Of a stretch of 52,538 nt of DNA, positions 11,523 to 21,518 are shown one piece after another. Origin of the DNA: Candidatus Poribacteria bacterium (lineage in GTDB: Bacteria; Poribacteria; WGA-4E; UBA9662); contig JAYGDX010000098.1 in assembly GCA_046582655.1 (NCBI GenBank), positions 1 to 52,538 on the forward strand, given 5' to 3'. Each line of letters begins with the position of its first letter. The first letter of the stretch is position 1. Both the position numbers and the translations under genes were made by a program. The notes beneath the pieces are model-generated. The model had not been told where the DNA came from. It worked only from the letters and a program-made list of their open reading frames with translations, and did no database searches.

Positions 11523-12416
11523 ATGTCAACTCATAAAATTGCAGAACCAGTCATTTTTAGCAAAGATCTTGGTCAACCACTTGATCTTAACTCCATCAAT
11601 TTCACTCAGAAAAACGCTGATGGCAAACCTGTTATACCCATGACAACTGAGCAGAAATATGTTTTTGACGCCAAAGGTTGGGTAATGATTCCCAGTGTGC
11701 TAACAGAATCAGAAGTTAGTGAAATGCGTGATTTCTGCTACCAGCTGAAACAGGATCCCAACTCCATCCCTGCTCCCGAACGTTCAACCTATGGAGGACC
11801 ATTACAAGCTTTGATGGATCATCCGGTTGTGGTAGGTATGGCTAACGATTTTTTGGCCTCTCCGTATCTTACCAGTCAGGAATGCTACGGTTTTCGCATG
11901 GAAATGAGTTTTCTGGCTTTGCGTTCGGCCGAAGACAAGGAACCAACAAAATTCTCACCACATAACGGCAACGCCATGTGGCGTATGCCAGGCGATTGCC
12001 ACGAATACCACTGCATGCCCGGAAAAGCTTACAGTGGACTTACCCGTGTAGTATGGGAACTGGAAAGTGTGGAAGAAGGCGATGGTGGAACTCTTTTTAT
12101 TACGGGCAGTCACAAATCTGCTTTTACTGCACCAGAGTCAGCCTATAAACACGGCTCCTCATTGTGGGAGACCTATTCCTGTCCAGCTGGATCGGTCATT
12201 ATTTTCACTGAAGCAACCACGCATAGTGGTCAACCTTGGATCAATCCGGACCGAGACCGGGTGGCGATTTTCAACGCCTATAACTCAATCGATCGGCGGT
12301 GGACAAGATCCAAGCCCCATCCTGACTATCTGGCTTCCATGCCGCCTAAACGTCAAAGTTTGTTTCGAGACGCGTATGTCAAAGGTAATGTAACGGGAAA
12401 GCCTTTCACCATGTAG
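11523..12416 (+). CDS. PhyH family dioxygenase
   Basis: KYVFDAKGW, PHNG, DGGTLFITGSHK and AGSVIIFTEATTH motifs. SD GGAG precedes ATG 11523. Confidence 0.8.
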   Translation: MSTHKIAEPVIFSKDLGQPLDLNSINFTQKNADGKPVIPMTTEQKYVFDAKGWVMIPSVLTESEVSEMRDFCYQLKQDPNSIPAPERSTYGGPLQALMDHPVVVGMANDFLASPYLTSQECYGFRMEMSFLALRSAEDKEPTKFSPHNGNAMWRMPGDCHEYHCMPGKAYSGLTRVVWELESVEEGDGGTLFITGSHKSAFTAPESAYKHGSSLWETYSCPAGSVIIFTEATTHSGQPWINPDRDRVAIFNAYNSIDRRWTRSKPHPDYLASMPPKRQSLFRDAYVKGNVTGKPFTM

Positions 12417-12543
12417 GTTATAAACACGAGTTTTCACCAATGGAAAGCATGAATTAATCTATCAAGGCAAAAAGCTCGTTTTCGATCACAGCACCTTAAT
12501 GCCGAATAAACCTTTTAGATCCATAGGAGAATAAAAGGGAATC

Positions 12544-13701
12544 ATGCGGAGTTGGAACAGAAATTTTTGTTTATTGGCCTTTGCCGTTTTCAGCGTAGGT
12601 ATGTTCTTTGGTATCTACTTTGCCCTGTTTTTCAACTTTATCGAAAATCGGTTTGCAATTGAAGCACATGAACTCGGTTACATGGAAGCATTACGAGAGG
12701 TACCCGGATTTCTTAATGCGCTTTTTATCGCAACTATGATTTATTTTGCGCCACCAACCATTGGTGGAATATCGCTGATCGTGATGGGGGTGGGCATGGC
12801 CGCTTACTCCCAAATAAGCGGATTTGGAGGACTACTATTCTTCTCCCTTGTTTGGAGTGTCGGATTTCATGCCTGGGTTCCATTGCGTAGCCTGATGACG
12901 ATTGTCTATTCGGAAAGCGATGAAAAGGGAGAACCAATTGGCCAGCTAAGAAGCGTGGAGAGTTGCGCTATGTTAGGCGCAGCCACTCTGTGTATGTTCG
13001 GTGTGGAGTTGCTGGAATTTGAAGGGATTTTTCTAATTGGCGGTGGGGTTACCACTATAGGAGGTGTTGTTCTGATGTTTTCCTCGCGTCAGCTACGAGT
13101 CAAAGACGAAAACCGGTTTATTATACGAAAACGTTATTGGCTTTTCTATTTGTTGTCATTTTTACAGGGATGCCGTAAGCAGATCTTCATCACTTTCGCA
13201 ATTTTTGCACTTGTTAAAGTGTATGGAACTAATAGAGACACGATCATTAAGCTGATACTGATTAATCAGATTGTCATCTTTGTTTTCTCTCCAATCATGG
13301 GGAGACTGGTGGACAAACTTGGCGAGCGTGTGATGTTGAGTGCAAGTTATCTCGGGCTAGTCTTGGTTTTCATTGGATATGCAATACTGAAAAATGTCAA
13401 TTATCTATATGTTCTTTACTGCATTGACAATTTCCTATTTGTTGGTGGTATCGCCTTAACGACTTATTTAAACAAGATTACAATTCCAAAGGATCTCAAA
13501 CCAACACTTGCTATGGGTGTGACCATGAATCATATCGCAGCTGTAACGTCACCCTTGATCGGTGGCTTGATATGGATGAAGTTCGGTTACCAGATTATCT
13601 TCATTAGTGGTGCTTTATTCGCCTCGATTTCCCTAGTTTTCACTCAGTGGCTCAGAGTACAACCTATGGTTTTCGAAACGAAGCCAGAATTTGCTGATTA
13701 G
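12544..13701 (+). CDS. MFS transporter
   Basis: About 12 hydrophobic segments, EALREVPG, and the motif-A-like GRLVDKLGER. Confidence 0.85.
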   Translation: MRSWNRNFCLLAFAVFSVGMFFGIYFALFFNFIENRFAIEAHELGYMEALREVPGFLNALFIATMIYFAPPTIGGISLIVMGVGMAAYSQISGFGGLLFFSLVWSVGFHAWVPLRSLMTIVYSESDEKGEPIGQLRSVESCAMLGAATLCMFGVELLEFEGIFLIGGGVTTIGGVVLMFSSRQLRVKDENRFIIRKRYWLFYLLSFLQGCRKQIFITFAIFALVKVYGTNRDTIIKLILINQIVIFVFSPIMGRLVDKLGERVMLSASYLGLVLVFIGYAILKNVNYLYVLYCIDNFLFVGGIALTTYLNKITIPKDLKPTLAMGVTMNHIAAVTSPLIGGLIWMKFGYQIIFISGALFASISLVFTQWLRVQPMVFETKPEFAD

Positions 13702-13858
13702 GAAAGGAAATCAGGATACTCAATCAGCGTCATCAAACGGGAACTCCAACTTGAGGCGTCAGTTCGAGATGGGGTCGAATCTAAACATGTAAATTCATTT
13801 TTGTTGAAGATAACTCAAGGAACACATAACCTTAGTCGTCTTAGCTGTTTGATTGCAA

Positions 13859-15642
13859 TCATCTTGACGAGCTACTATTCCATTCAACTTCGACATAATT
13901 TTCTACCAAATATCGGAATGCGTTCAACAGGTGGTTCAGATTGCATCTGAAATCTTGGTGTATGGTTTCGTACTGAGTATATGCTTGGTTCAGCAGCTTT
14001 TGCATAGAATCTCTAACCTCTCCAATCCGCTGGCCTTGGGTTTTCACAAATTGGGACGTTGTCTGTTTAAATGTATCAAATTCGGTTTCCAACGTTTTAT
14101 TAAAATCGTCTACCGCAGTTTCCTGACTTGTGACCTTCTCAAAATGATATCCTTGAATTGCTAACCTCACGGCTTTAGCAAACATATGAGGATAACGCTT
14201 AAGCACCCGTAATAAAAACTTGAAATACGTTAAGCCTTGACGGCGGGAAAATAGTTGGTATCTGACTGATTTTACAAACGCTCTAAGTTCTGCGCGGCTT
14301 ATTTTCTTGGGCTTTCGTCGACGTTTGATATGTAGTAGTAAATTTAAATTTTCAAACATCGTCAGACATCGATTGAAGTAGCTCCGTAAACTTGGCTGGT
14401 AAAGCTCTCTTAAAACCCTTTTATACTCACTAATTAGCGTGTCGCGACCAAGTTCCGGGACGAAGTTCAGTTCAGTACTAACATTGTTTCCAGCTGATTC
14501 GTGCAATAATCTTCCCTCAGATTCAAGTCGGTGGTAAAGATTCGTGTTCTTTAAAGCTGTTAGCAAACCTGCCATTGACCTTGGAATTCCCGCTTCCTGA
14601 ATAAAATCTATGTGTGGCTGAAACTCTTTGTCTCCATCAAGTCCAATGATAAATCCCGCCGTTACCTCTATCCCGTGTTCCTGAATTGTTCTCACTGCAC
14701 GGAGTAAATAGTCTCTGGTACTTTCAGTCTTACTGGTATTCTGTTTTTTCGACGTTTTTACCAGTGGCTCCTCATTCGGGGTCTCAATTCCTAGAAAGGT
14801 CATATTGAATCCGGCTGCAGCCATAGCTTCCAGCATATTCGGTATTTCTATGATGTTTACACTGGCTTCAGTATAAAGACCAAAAGGGTAATCCCTTTCT
14901 TCTTGCCATTCAGCAATAGTCGGTAAAAGACGCATAGCATCACGTTTATTACCGATGAAATTATCGTCGACCAAAAACATTGATCCACTCCAACCAAGAT
15001 CGTATAGCAAATTGAACTCGGCTAAAACCTGTTCTGTCGTCTTAGTGCGAGGAACCCTTCCGAACAATTTGGTAATATCACAAAATTCACAGTCGAAGGG
15101 ACATCCTCGTGAAAATTGCAAGGCCATTGACCCATAAACACTCAGATCAATGAGATCATAACGAGGCAACGGTGTCTGGGTGACGTCAGGTTTGGTTATG
15201 GCTCGGTACATAGGTTTGGCAATACCGGCCTTGAGATCTTCCAAAAAATCAGGAAAAATCTCCTCAACTTCATCAAGGAGAAAATGGTCAACCCACCCCT
15301 CATAGCACTGACAATGTCTTCATGATAGGAAGTGGGATGAGGGCCACCGGCGATAACTGGGACTTCAGCTTGGTTACATTGCGTTATTACCTCAAATAAA
15401 GAGTCTTTTTGGACAACCATAGTAGAGGTAAAAACAAAATCTGCCCAATCTAAATCTGCCTTGGTAAAGGATGTGACATTCATATCAACGACTTTCAGCT
15501 GGTAATCTTCGGGAAACATCCCTGCCACCACCAGCAACCCAAGTGGTGGCGTAGCGGACCTTTTCCCGACAAATTCTAAGGCGAAATTATATCCCCAGTA
15601 TGAAGGAGGAAATTTTGGATATACCAACAAAGCATTGGACAT
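13859..15642 (-). pseudogene. B12-binding radical SAM protein (DUF4070 type), single frameshift
   Basis: The N-terminal B12 domain (MSNALLVYPKFP..PPLGLL..GGPHPT) is in one frame. The radical SAM domain (GCPFDCEFCD, VDDNFIGNK, GFIIGLDGD) is in another. The frames join at G runs near 15291-15300. Confidence 0.85.
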
Positions 15643-16069
15643 ATCGGACTTACCTCTCAACCTATTTAAACCTAAAACCCAAGACTGACAATGAAACATG
15701 GATGGATTAAAATTTCAGGTCCGCCGACCTGACTGACTCTAAATAGTACAGTTTTTGATTTGTAGGATATCTACTTCCATCAGAAGACTGTTGTACTTAC
15801 GAATCAAATAAGAACCAATTACAACCAATACTGATAAAACGACTGTCAAGTTTTTAATTATATCATATATTTAAGTACACATCTGCACAAAATTGTTATC
15901 AATCAAGAACATTAGGGATAATTAATAATTTTATGATATTGAAATAATACCAAAATTTACGTTGGAGTCAACTTTTTTTACTTAAATGATTTGAATAGAA
16001 ATATAAATCTTAAACTCGGTTTGATTGATACTGTTGGGACAGATCGAAGGAGTCTTACAAGCCAGTTAC

Positions 16070-17329
16070 TCACTTCTCCCAGATTGGCCAATCGCTTTCC
16101 TGCAACTGCATCCAGAGTTGATCAAATTCACTACTCCCATCATCTTCCCATTCATCCAGTCTAATACCGTTAGCATATGACTCATCCACTCCCTGTTTCA
16201 TCAGACGTTCTGCCTGTTGTAGGTTTCGGTAATAGTGTTTGACATCTCTTGGTAAAGTCACCACAGAGATATGGCGAGGCAGTTTCAACGCGGTTGTTTG
16301 CATATAGCGTTTAATCGCTTCTTCGTCTAATTCGATGCCTAATCCGGGATTTTCCGGCACCTTTATGAATCCACGCTGAACCTGATGTCCTGTGACGATT
16401 AGATCATCTTCGTAAGCATGACTAGCTGTCACCCCCGGCAGAGTGGCCGTTGGCATGACAGCGCCAAGATGACAAGCAAATGCTGTGGTAATACCAGTCC
16501 CCACATACTGTAGCAGGATCGGCGTGTTAGCAGCAGCAAAAACCCAACCTGCAGCCAAGGCGCTTCTAATATTTTCATGGCTACAGAGCGCACCATCGAA
16601 ATCTCCTTGCCGCAGTCCGGTCCAGGGACCTGAAGGTTGGCGAGAAGCAGGTTCACTTAGTACACCAACACCATGCAAATAAAAAGGGATACGAACCTCC
16701 TGATGAAGCCGACGCCATCCCTCAATATCATAAGCGAAAATCGGTTCTTCGACACCTTTCACAACCGGAATCTTTTCTAATTCCCGTAGGATAGGCAGTG
16801 CCTTCTCTACATTGATTAGGGAACCATTAAAATCATATTCTACTCGAAAATCTGGCGGTGCGACCTCTTGAATAACGTGCGATTGCTCGATGACATCGTA
16901 AAATGCTCTGGCTTTGCACTTTAGACCGCGATATCCACGTTCTGCCGCTACCTGAACTTCGGCGGCAGTATCTTCAGGCGACATGCACGGCATCCACCAA
17001 CCCATGGCCACCCAGTGGCGTACCTGCTGTCCCATCAATTTCCAAGCGGGCAAACCCAAATATTTTCCCATTAGATCATAACAGGCCATATCAAGATTAA
17101 ATCGCCCAGATCCCATTACATGATCAAAGGGATTAGTACCAAGATACGGATCCAATAAATTTGAATCTAAAGGGGGACCAACATTCTCACCAATACCAAT
17201 CAGTCCAGTATCCGTGTGAAATTTATAAACGGTTACTTGTTCTGTCATGTTGAAATGGTAATATTGTTTTCGAATCCGGTCTTCATAGGGAACACGTAAA
17301 GCGATTGGTTCAATCTCGATAATTTTCAT
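16070..17329 (-). CDS. mandelate racemase/muconate lactonizing (enolase superfamily) protein
   Basis: TDTGLIGIGE, DMACYDLMGK..GLP, KxK (KCK), D.N, EEP and P..PGLGIELDE motifs. Confidence 0.85.
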   Translation of the reverse strand: MKIIEIEPIALRVPYEDRIRKQYYHFNMTEQVTVYKFHTDTGLIGIGENVGPPLDSNLLDPYLGTNPFDHVMGSGRFNLDMACYDLMGKYLGLPAWKLMGQQVRHWVAMGWWMPCMSPEDTAAEVQVAAERGYRGLKCKARAFYDVIEQSHVIQEVAPPDFRVEYDFNGSLINVEKALPILRELEKIPVVKGVEEPIFAYDIEGWRRLHQEVRIPFYLHGVGVLSEPASRQPSGPWTGLRQGDFDGALCSHENIRSALAAGWVFAAANTPILLQYVGTGITTAFACHLGAVMPTATLPGVTASHAYEDDLIVTGHQVQRGFIKVPENPGLGIELDEEAIKRYMQTTALKLPRHISVVTLPRDVKHYYRNLQQAERLMKQGVDESYANGIRLDEWEDDGSSEFDQLWMQLQESDWPIWEK

Positions 17330-17344
17330 GAGTCTGTCTCCTAA

Positions 17345-18892
17345 TTACTTTTTTCTGATGACAAGTTCCACATCCGTCAAAGTGATGTCACCAGCTAACT
17401 GGGGATGGCGTTCTCCCAATACCACCTTGACTTTGTGTTTCCCAACTTCAATTTCCGTTGGCTGCATGACAAAGCATAGCCAGACAGCACTACTAACATC
17501 AGAGATCTTATGGGATTGGCTCAGGTTACAATATCGAACTTCAGCATTCTGCAGTTTGACTCCATCCCACCACACATCAACTATATCTCCTTGGACCCAT
17601 TCGCTGAGACGTAGGCGAAGTCCCAACTCTGTTGAATAATCAAGCACCGGTTCATCTGCAATATCCAACGTAATTATGGGGCCGGTATCAGTTAGAGGTT
17701 TCTTTAATGGCACGGGGACTTCACCATAGATACGATCAATGCGGTAAGCACCACGCCACGCTCCTTCTCTTTGGATGAATCGATGGGTAGCAGCGTAGAT
17801 CTTATTGGTATTGCGTAGCGTCTTCATAGATCCAATTTGTGAAAGCAGTTCACGACGCGAATCACGGTTAGCATGCCAGTTAAAGACGTAGATCCCTTTC
17901 GCTCCAGCTTTGTAGTATCTGCTCGTAATAGCGCACGTACGCATGTTCCGTTTGGTTTCTTGATCTTCAGGTCCAACGAACAGATCAGGTAGCCCACTAT
18001 CAAGTCCTGGATATACATCAATACCTTGATCACAGCACATATTAACAAAACTATTAACCTCTATGGAGGGATCAGTTGCCGCACCACCAGATGGAATCAG
18101 AATATCCACTAGATCTTCATCAATCCATGTTGCTATATCGTAGCCGATGCGATGACACATCTCTAGACTTCCAGCCACTCGTGCGGCAAGATAGAAAGGT
18201 CTGCCCCGTTCTTCCGCAAGCGTATTGGTCATATGTCGAACGGCGCGTTGCAGATCAGTGAGCAGATATCGCAGTCTATAAGCTTCATCTTCAGGAAGAT
18301 GAAAAGCATGTCGTTGCCAGTCCAATTCCACTCCGTCCCAATCGTATAAACGGCAAACTTCCTGAATATGAGCAAATCGGTGTTGCCGAACTTCCGGAAT
18401 AGCCATATTCCACGAAAGGTTGAACCACTCGGACGTCTGATCTCCCAAAAGCCATTCTGGATGCTCAATCCGCAGACGGGTTAGTTCGGTATGATGTAAT
18501 TGTTTGAGATCGCTGATCTGAGCGCCATTGAAGTGGTTATCATTCATGCGAATCGAAGCATAGACATGAAATCCTAGTTGATGACCTTTTTCAATTAAAG
18601 CTTTTTGTGGATCCTCACCTCGTTCGAGCATCCGACGAATATTTTCGGTGAAGATATAACTTTGGGCATTCTCATAACATCTCTCATGAACATCACCGAG
18701 AGTCTCCAACACGTGGCTAGGCCACCGAGCAGAATGTTCACCAACACACCAAAATAGCGCACCAACCTGAGTATCTTCTAATGGTGCATAAACCTTGTTC
18801 AGGAGATCATCCATTGATTGCGGTACCTTGGAATAGCCGTGTGGGGCGCCATCCCAATTGTAGATAATTCTATAGTCAGGCGGTCTTGGCAT
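17345..18892 (-). CDS. hypothetical protein with GHL10-like TIM barrel and C-terminal beta domain
   Basis: IYNWDG, ASIRMND.H, YDWDGVELDW.R and GAKGIYVFN motifs, typical of glycoside-hydrolase-like family 10 proteins. Confidence 0.6.
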   Translation of the reverse strand: MPRPPDYRIIYNWDGAPHGYSKVPQSMDDLLNKVYAPLEDTQVGALFWCVGEHSARWPSHVLETLGDVHERCYENAQSYIFTENIRRMLERGEDPQKALIEKGHQLGFHVYASIRMNDNHFNGAQISDLKQLHHTELTRLRIEHPEWLLGDQTSEWFNLSWNMAIPEVRQHRFAHIQEVCRLYDWDGVELDWQRHAFHLPEDEAYRLRYLLTDLQRAVRHMTNTLAEERGRPFYLAARVAGSLEMCHRIGYDIATWIDEDLVDILIPSGGAATDPSIEVNSFVNMCCDQGIDVYPGLDSGLPDLFVGPEDQETKRNMRTCAITSRYYKAGAKGIYVFNWHANRDSRRELLSQIGSMKTLRNTNKIYAATHRFIQREGAWRGAYRIDRIYGEVPVPLKKPLTDTGPIITLDIADEPVLDYSTELGLRLRLSEWVQGDIVDVWWDGVKLQNAEVRYCNLSQSHKISDVSSAVWLCFVMQPTEIEVGKHKVKVVLGERHPQLAGDITLTDVELVIRKK

Positions 18893-18946
18893 CTCTGAAC
18901 TCCTTTGGTGCTATACTTTTTGTTGCAAACTCATGGTTAGTTTTTA

Positions 18947-20068
18947 TCAGGATTTTTTTAAATTCTCAGGGTTTAGTTCTTCCAGTTCCGGCACGACAAA
19001 TTTCCCATTCTTTTGCACTAAACGGTTATCAAAGTAAATCTCACCTCCGCCAAACTCAGGTGTTTGAACCATCACCATATCCCAGTGAATGGTAGATCGA
19101 ACCCCGTTATCAGCCTCTTCATATGCTTGTCCTGGTGTAAAGTGAAAAGAGCCGGAAATCTTTTCATCAAACAAAATATCTAACATTGGTTTATGAATGT
19201 ATGGATTAAGCCCCAAAGAGAATTCACCGATATACCGTGCACCCTCATCCGAATCCAAGATCTGGTGTAATTTCTGGGTGTTATTAGAAGAAGCATCGAC
19301 AATTTTTCCGTTTTCGAAACGCAGACAAATATCAGTAAATGTTGTTCCCTGGTAGATCGTGGGCGTATTGAAATGGATAACACCATTGACAGACTGACGG
19401 ACCGGAGCAGTAAAACATTCTCCATCTGGAATGTTGCATTCTCCAGTGCATGGTATCACCGGAATATCCTTGATACTGAATTCAAGGTCAGTTTCAGGGC
19501 TAACAATTCGTACTTTATCTGTAGATTCCATCAAAGACTTAAGGGGCTGAATGGCAATTTCTAATCGGTTGTAATCGAAGGTACAAACATCAAAGAAAAA
19601 ATCCTCAAAAGCTTCAGTGCTCATTTCAGCTTGCTGAGCCATAGCAGAGGAGGGCCAGCGCAGTACAACCCACTTGGTTCTGGGTACCCGGATATCAAAA
19701 TGAACTGGTGTTAGCCAGTGTTTCTGATACAGTTGCATGGCTTTAGTCGGTACATCAGATAATTCGGTGATGTTGTGACTGCCGCGGACACCGATATAAG
19801 CTTGCACCTGTTCCATTCGATAAGCTTCATAATGGCCTATCAATTTCAAGCCTTCTTCATCCGCTTGGCAAAGGAGTTCGCGTTGAATCCGGTTCTGCTT
19901 TAACTCAACCAGTGGAATTCCTCCTGCCTTCCGAACTGCTCGAATCAAAACAATCACCATCTCAGTTGGAATATCAAAGCCCTCAATGAGAACAAACTCA
20001 CCCACTTCGATTTTAGTGGAGTGGCAGGTTAGAATTTCTGCTAATCTATTCATTCTTGGATCGTGCAT
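18947..20068 (-). CDS. aminopeptidase, M29 (AmpS/PepT-like)
   Basis: NIPDGECFTAP, GARYIGEF, ILFDEKISGSFH..PG.AY and S.IHWDMV motifs. Start MHDPR has SD GGAG. Confidence 0.9.
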   Translation of the reverse strand: MHDPRMNRLAEILTCHSTKIEVGEFVLIEGFDIPTEMVIVLIRAVRKAGGIPLVELKQNRIQRELLCQADEEGLKLIGHYEAYRMEQVQAYIGVRGSHNITELSDVPTKAMQLYQKHWLTPVHFDIRVPRTKWVVLRWPSSAMAQQAEMSTEAFEDFFFDVCTFDYNRLEIAIQPLKSLMESTDKVRIVSPETDLEFSIKDIPVIPCTGECNIPDGECFTAPVRQSVNGVIHFNTPTIYQGTTFTDICLRFENGKIVDASSNNTQKLHQILDSDEGARYIGEFSLGLNPYIHKPMLDILFDEKISGSFHFTPGQAYEEADNGVRSTIHWDMVMVQTPEFGGGEIYFDNRLVQKNGKFVVPELEELNPENLKKS

Positions 20069-20144
20069 CTTAGTCTCCATTAATAATCCCTTACAAATCC
20101 CCAATTCCTGACGCATAAAAAGCTATGAAAATTTTATCAGCACG

Positions 20145-21518
20145 TTAATTTTTCGAGGGCGTTAAATCAAAACACAACAACTGATCCTTGCTACGGATAT
20201 ATAGAAATCCATTTGATAGAACTGGCGCAGCCCACAAAGGATATTTAAGCCCATGTTGTCTAGACAACTGCACCGATGATAGTACATCTAATTTTTGGGG
20301 GTTGACACGGATCAACATCAAACGGCCAAATTCCCCCAGACTAATTAGATGTTCATTAACGTAAAGCAAGGAGGTTCTTTCATTAATTGGATCCGACCAC
20401 ATAACCCGACCCGTTTGCAATTCAATACATCGCAGACTTGATCCTTGAGTATGCCGCCCACTACAGCCATAAAGATAGCCTTGATGATGAATTGCCGTGT
20501 TCCAATGCAGCATCATTGTTTTTTTTCGACGAGATAATGAATCATGCCAGATAATTTTATACCCTCTTGGATGAACTTGAAGAGCTGAACTTCCTACGCC
20601 ATAGGCTTCACTAATGAATACAGTGTCTCCTGCAACAACAGGATTTGATGCGTTGACCGACTCAAGTTTTCTATCGCGCCAAGGATACTGAAAATCAATT
20701 TGGCCTGTCAGAGGATTAAATCCTACTAAACCACCTCTGGCAAACATAAAGCACCATCTTCTCCGGTCAATTGTTGTCAGAATTGGACTGGCATAACTGG
20801 CAAGCTCATCCGTGATTTGATAAACTACCTCACCTGACATTTTATCAAAAGCGACAATACCGGAACCATTTCCTGTAATGTCGCCCTGCGCTTGGTAAAC
20901 ATCTCTTGCCTTGGTGGGCAGTGCCCCGCCAACCTGCGCAATGAGTAACCGATCTTCAATGATAGGGGTCGAACCCATCCCAAAAAAATTAGGGACAACA
21001 TTAAATCGAGAGCTTGTGTCAATTTTCCACCGTAGCATTCCATCTAGAACATTCAGGCAGTGTAATATACCTTTAGCCCCATAGATGTAGACACGATCGT
21101 CATCAACAACAGGGCAGGTGCGCGGACCATTGTTGTAACCATAAATATCCTTGTAATCAGTTGGGTATTCAAATTGCCAGAGGGGCTCTTTATTCTCGCT
21201 TCTCATGCAACTTAATCGTGCGAAATTCTGATGTCGATCGAATATAAACAATCGTCCGCGAGAAATGGTGGGGGCTCCATAACTTTCACCGATTTTTGTT
21301 CGCCAGACAAGAGGAGGGCCAGAGGCAGACCAAGGATCAAGACGAAAATTCTCTGGCGATTTTCCGTCACTAGTTGGTCCTAGAAAACCAGGCCAATCAC
21401 TTCCGGTTTTACGTTTACGTAGATCCGGTATTTGACTATTCGTTTCAACGTATGTTTTAGAAACGAATAAAATGAATAAAAAGGCAGCGCAAAGTATCCG
21501 TTTAAATAAATCAAACAT
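20145..21518 (-). CDS. PQQ-like beta-propeller repeat protein (secreted)
   Basis: Signal-like N-terminus, DWPGFLGP, GPRTCPVVD, repeated G...W motifs and WAAPVLSNG.LYIR. Confidence 0.85.
   Translation of the reverse strand: MFDLFKRILCAAFLFILFVSKTYVETNSQIPDLRKRKTGSDWPGFLGPTSDGKSPENFRLDPWSASGPPLVWRTKIGESYGAPTISRGRLFIFDRHQNFARLSCMRSENKEPLWQFEYPTDYKDIYGYNNGPRTCPVVDDDRVYIYGAKGILHCLNVLDGMLRWKIDTSSRFNVVPNFFGMGSTPIIEDRLLIAQVGGALPTKARDVYQAQGDITGNGSGIVAFDKMSGEVVYQITDELASYASPILTTIDRRRWCFMFARGGLVGFNPLTGQIDFQYPWRDRKLESVNASNPVVAGDTVFISEAYGVGSSALQVHPRGYKIIWHDSLSRRKKTMMLHWNTAIHHQGYLYGCSGRHTQGSSLRCIELQTGRVMWSDPINERTSLLYVNEHLISLGEFGRLMLIRVNPQKLDVLSSVQLSRQHGLKYPLWAAPVLSNGFLYIRSKDQLLCFDLTPSKN

Noticed and set aside
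15645..16065. Cobalamin riboswitch upstream of the B12-binding radical SAM gene
   Set aside because: No B12-box or GGGAA/GCCACTG conserved elements are found.
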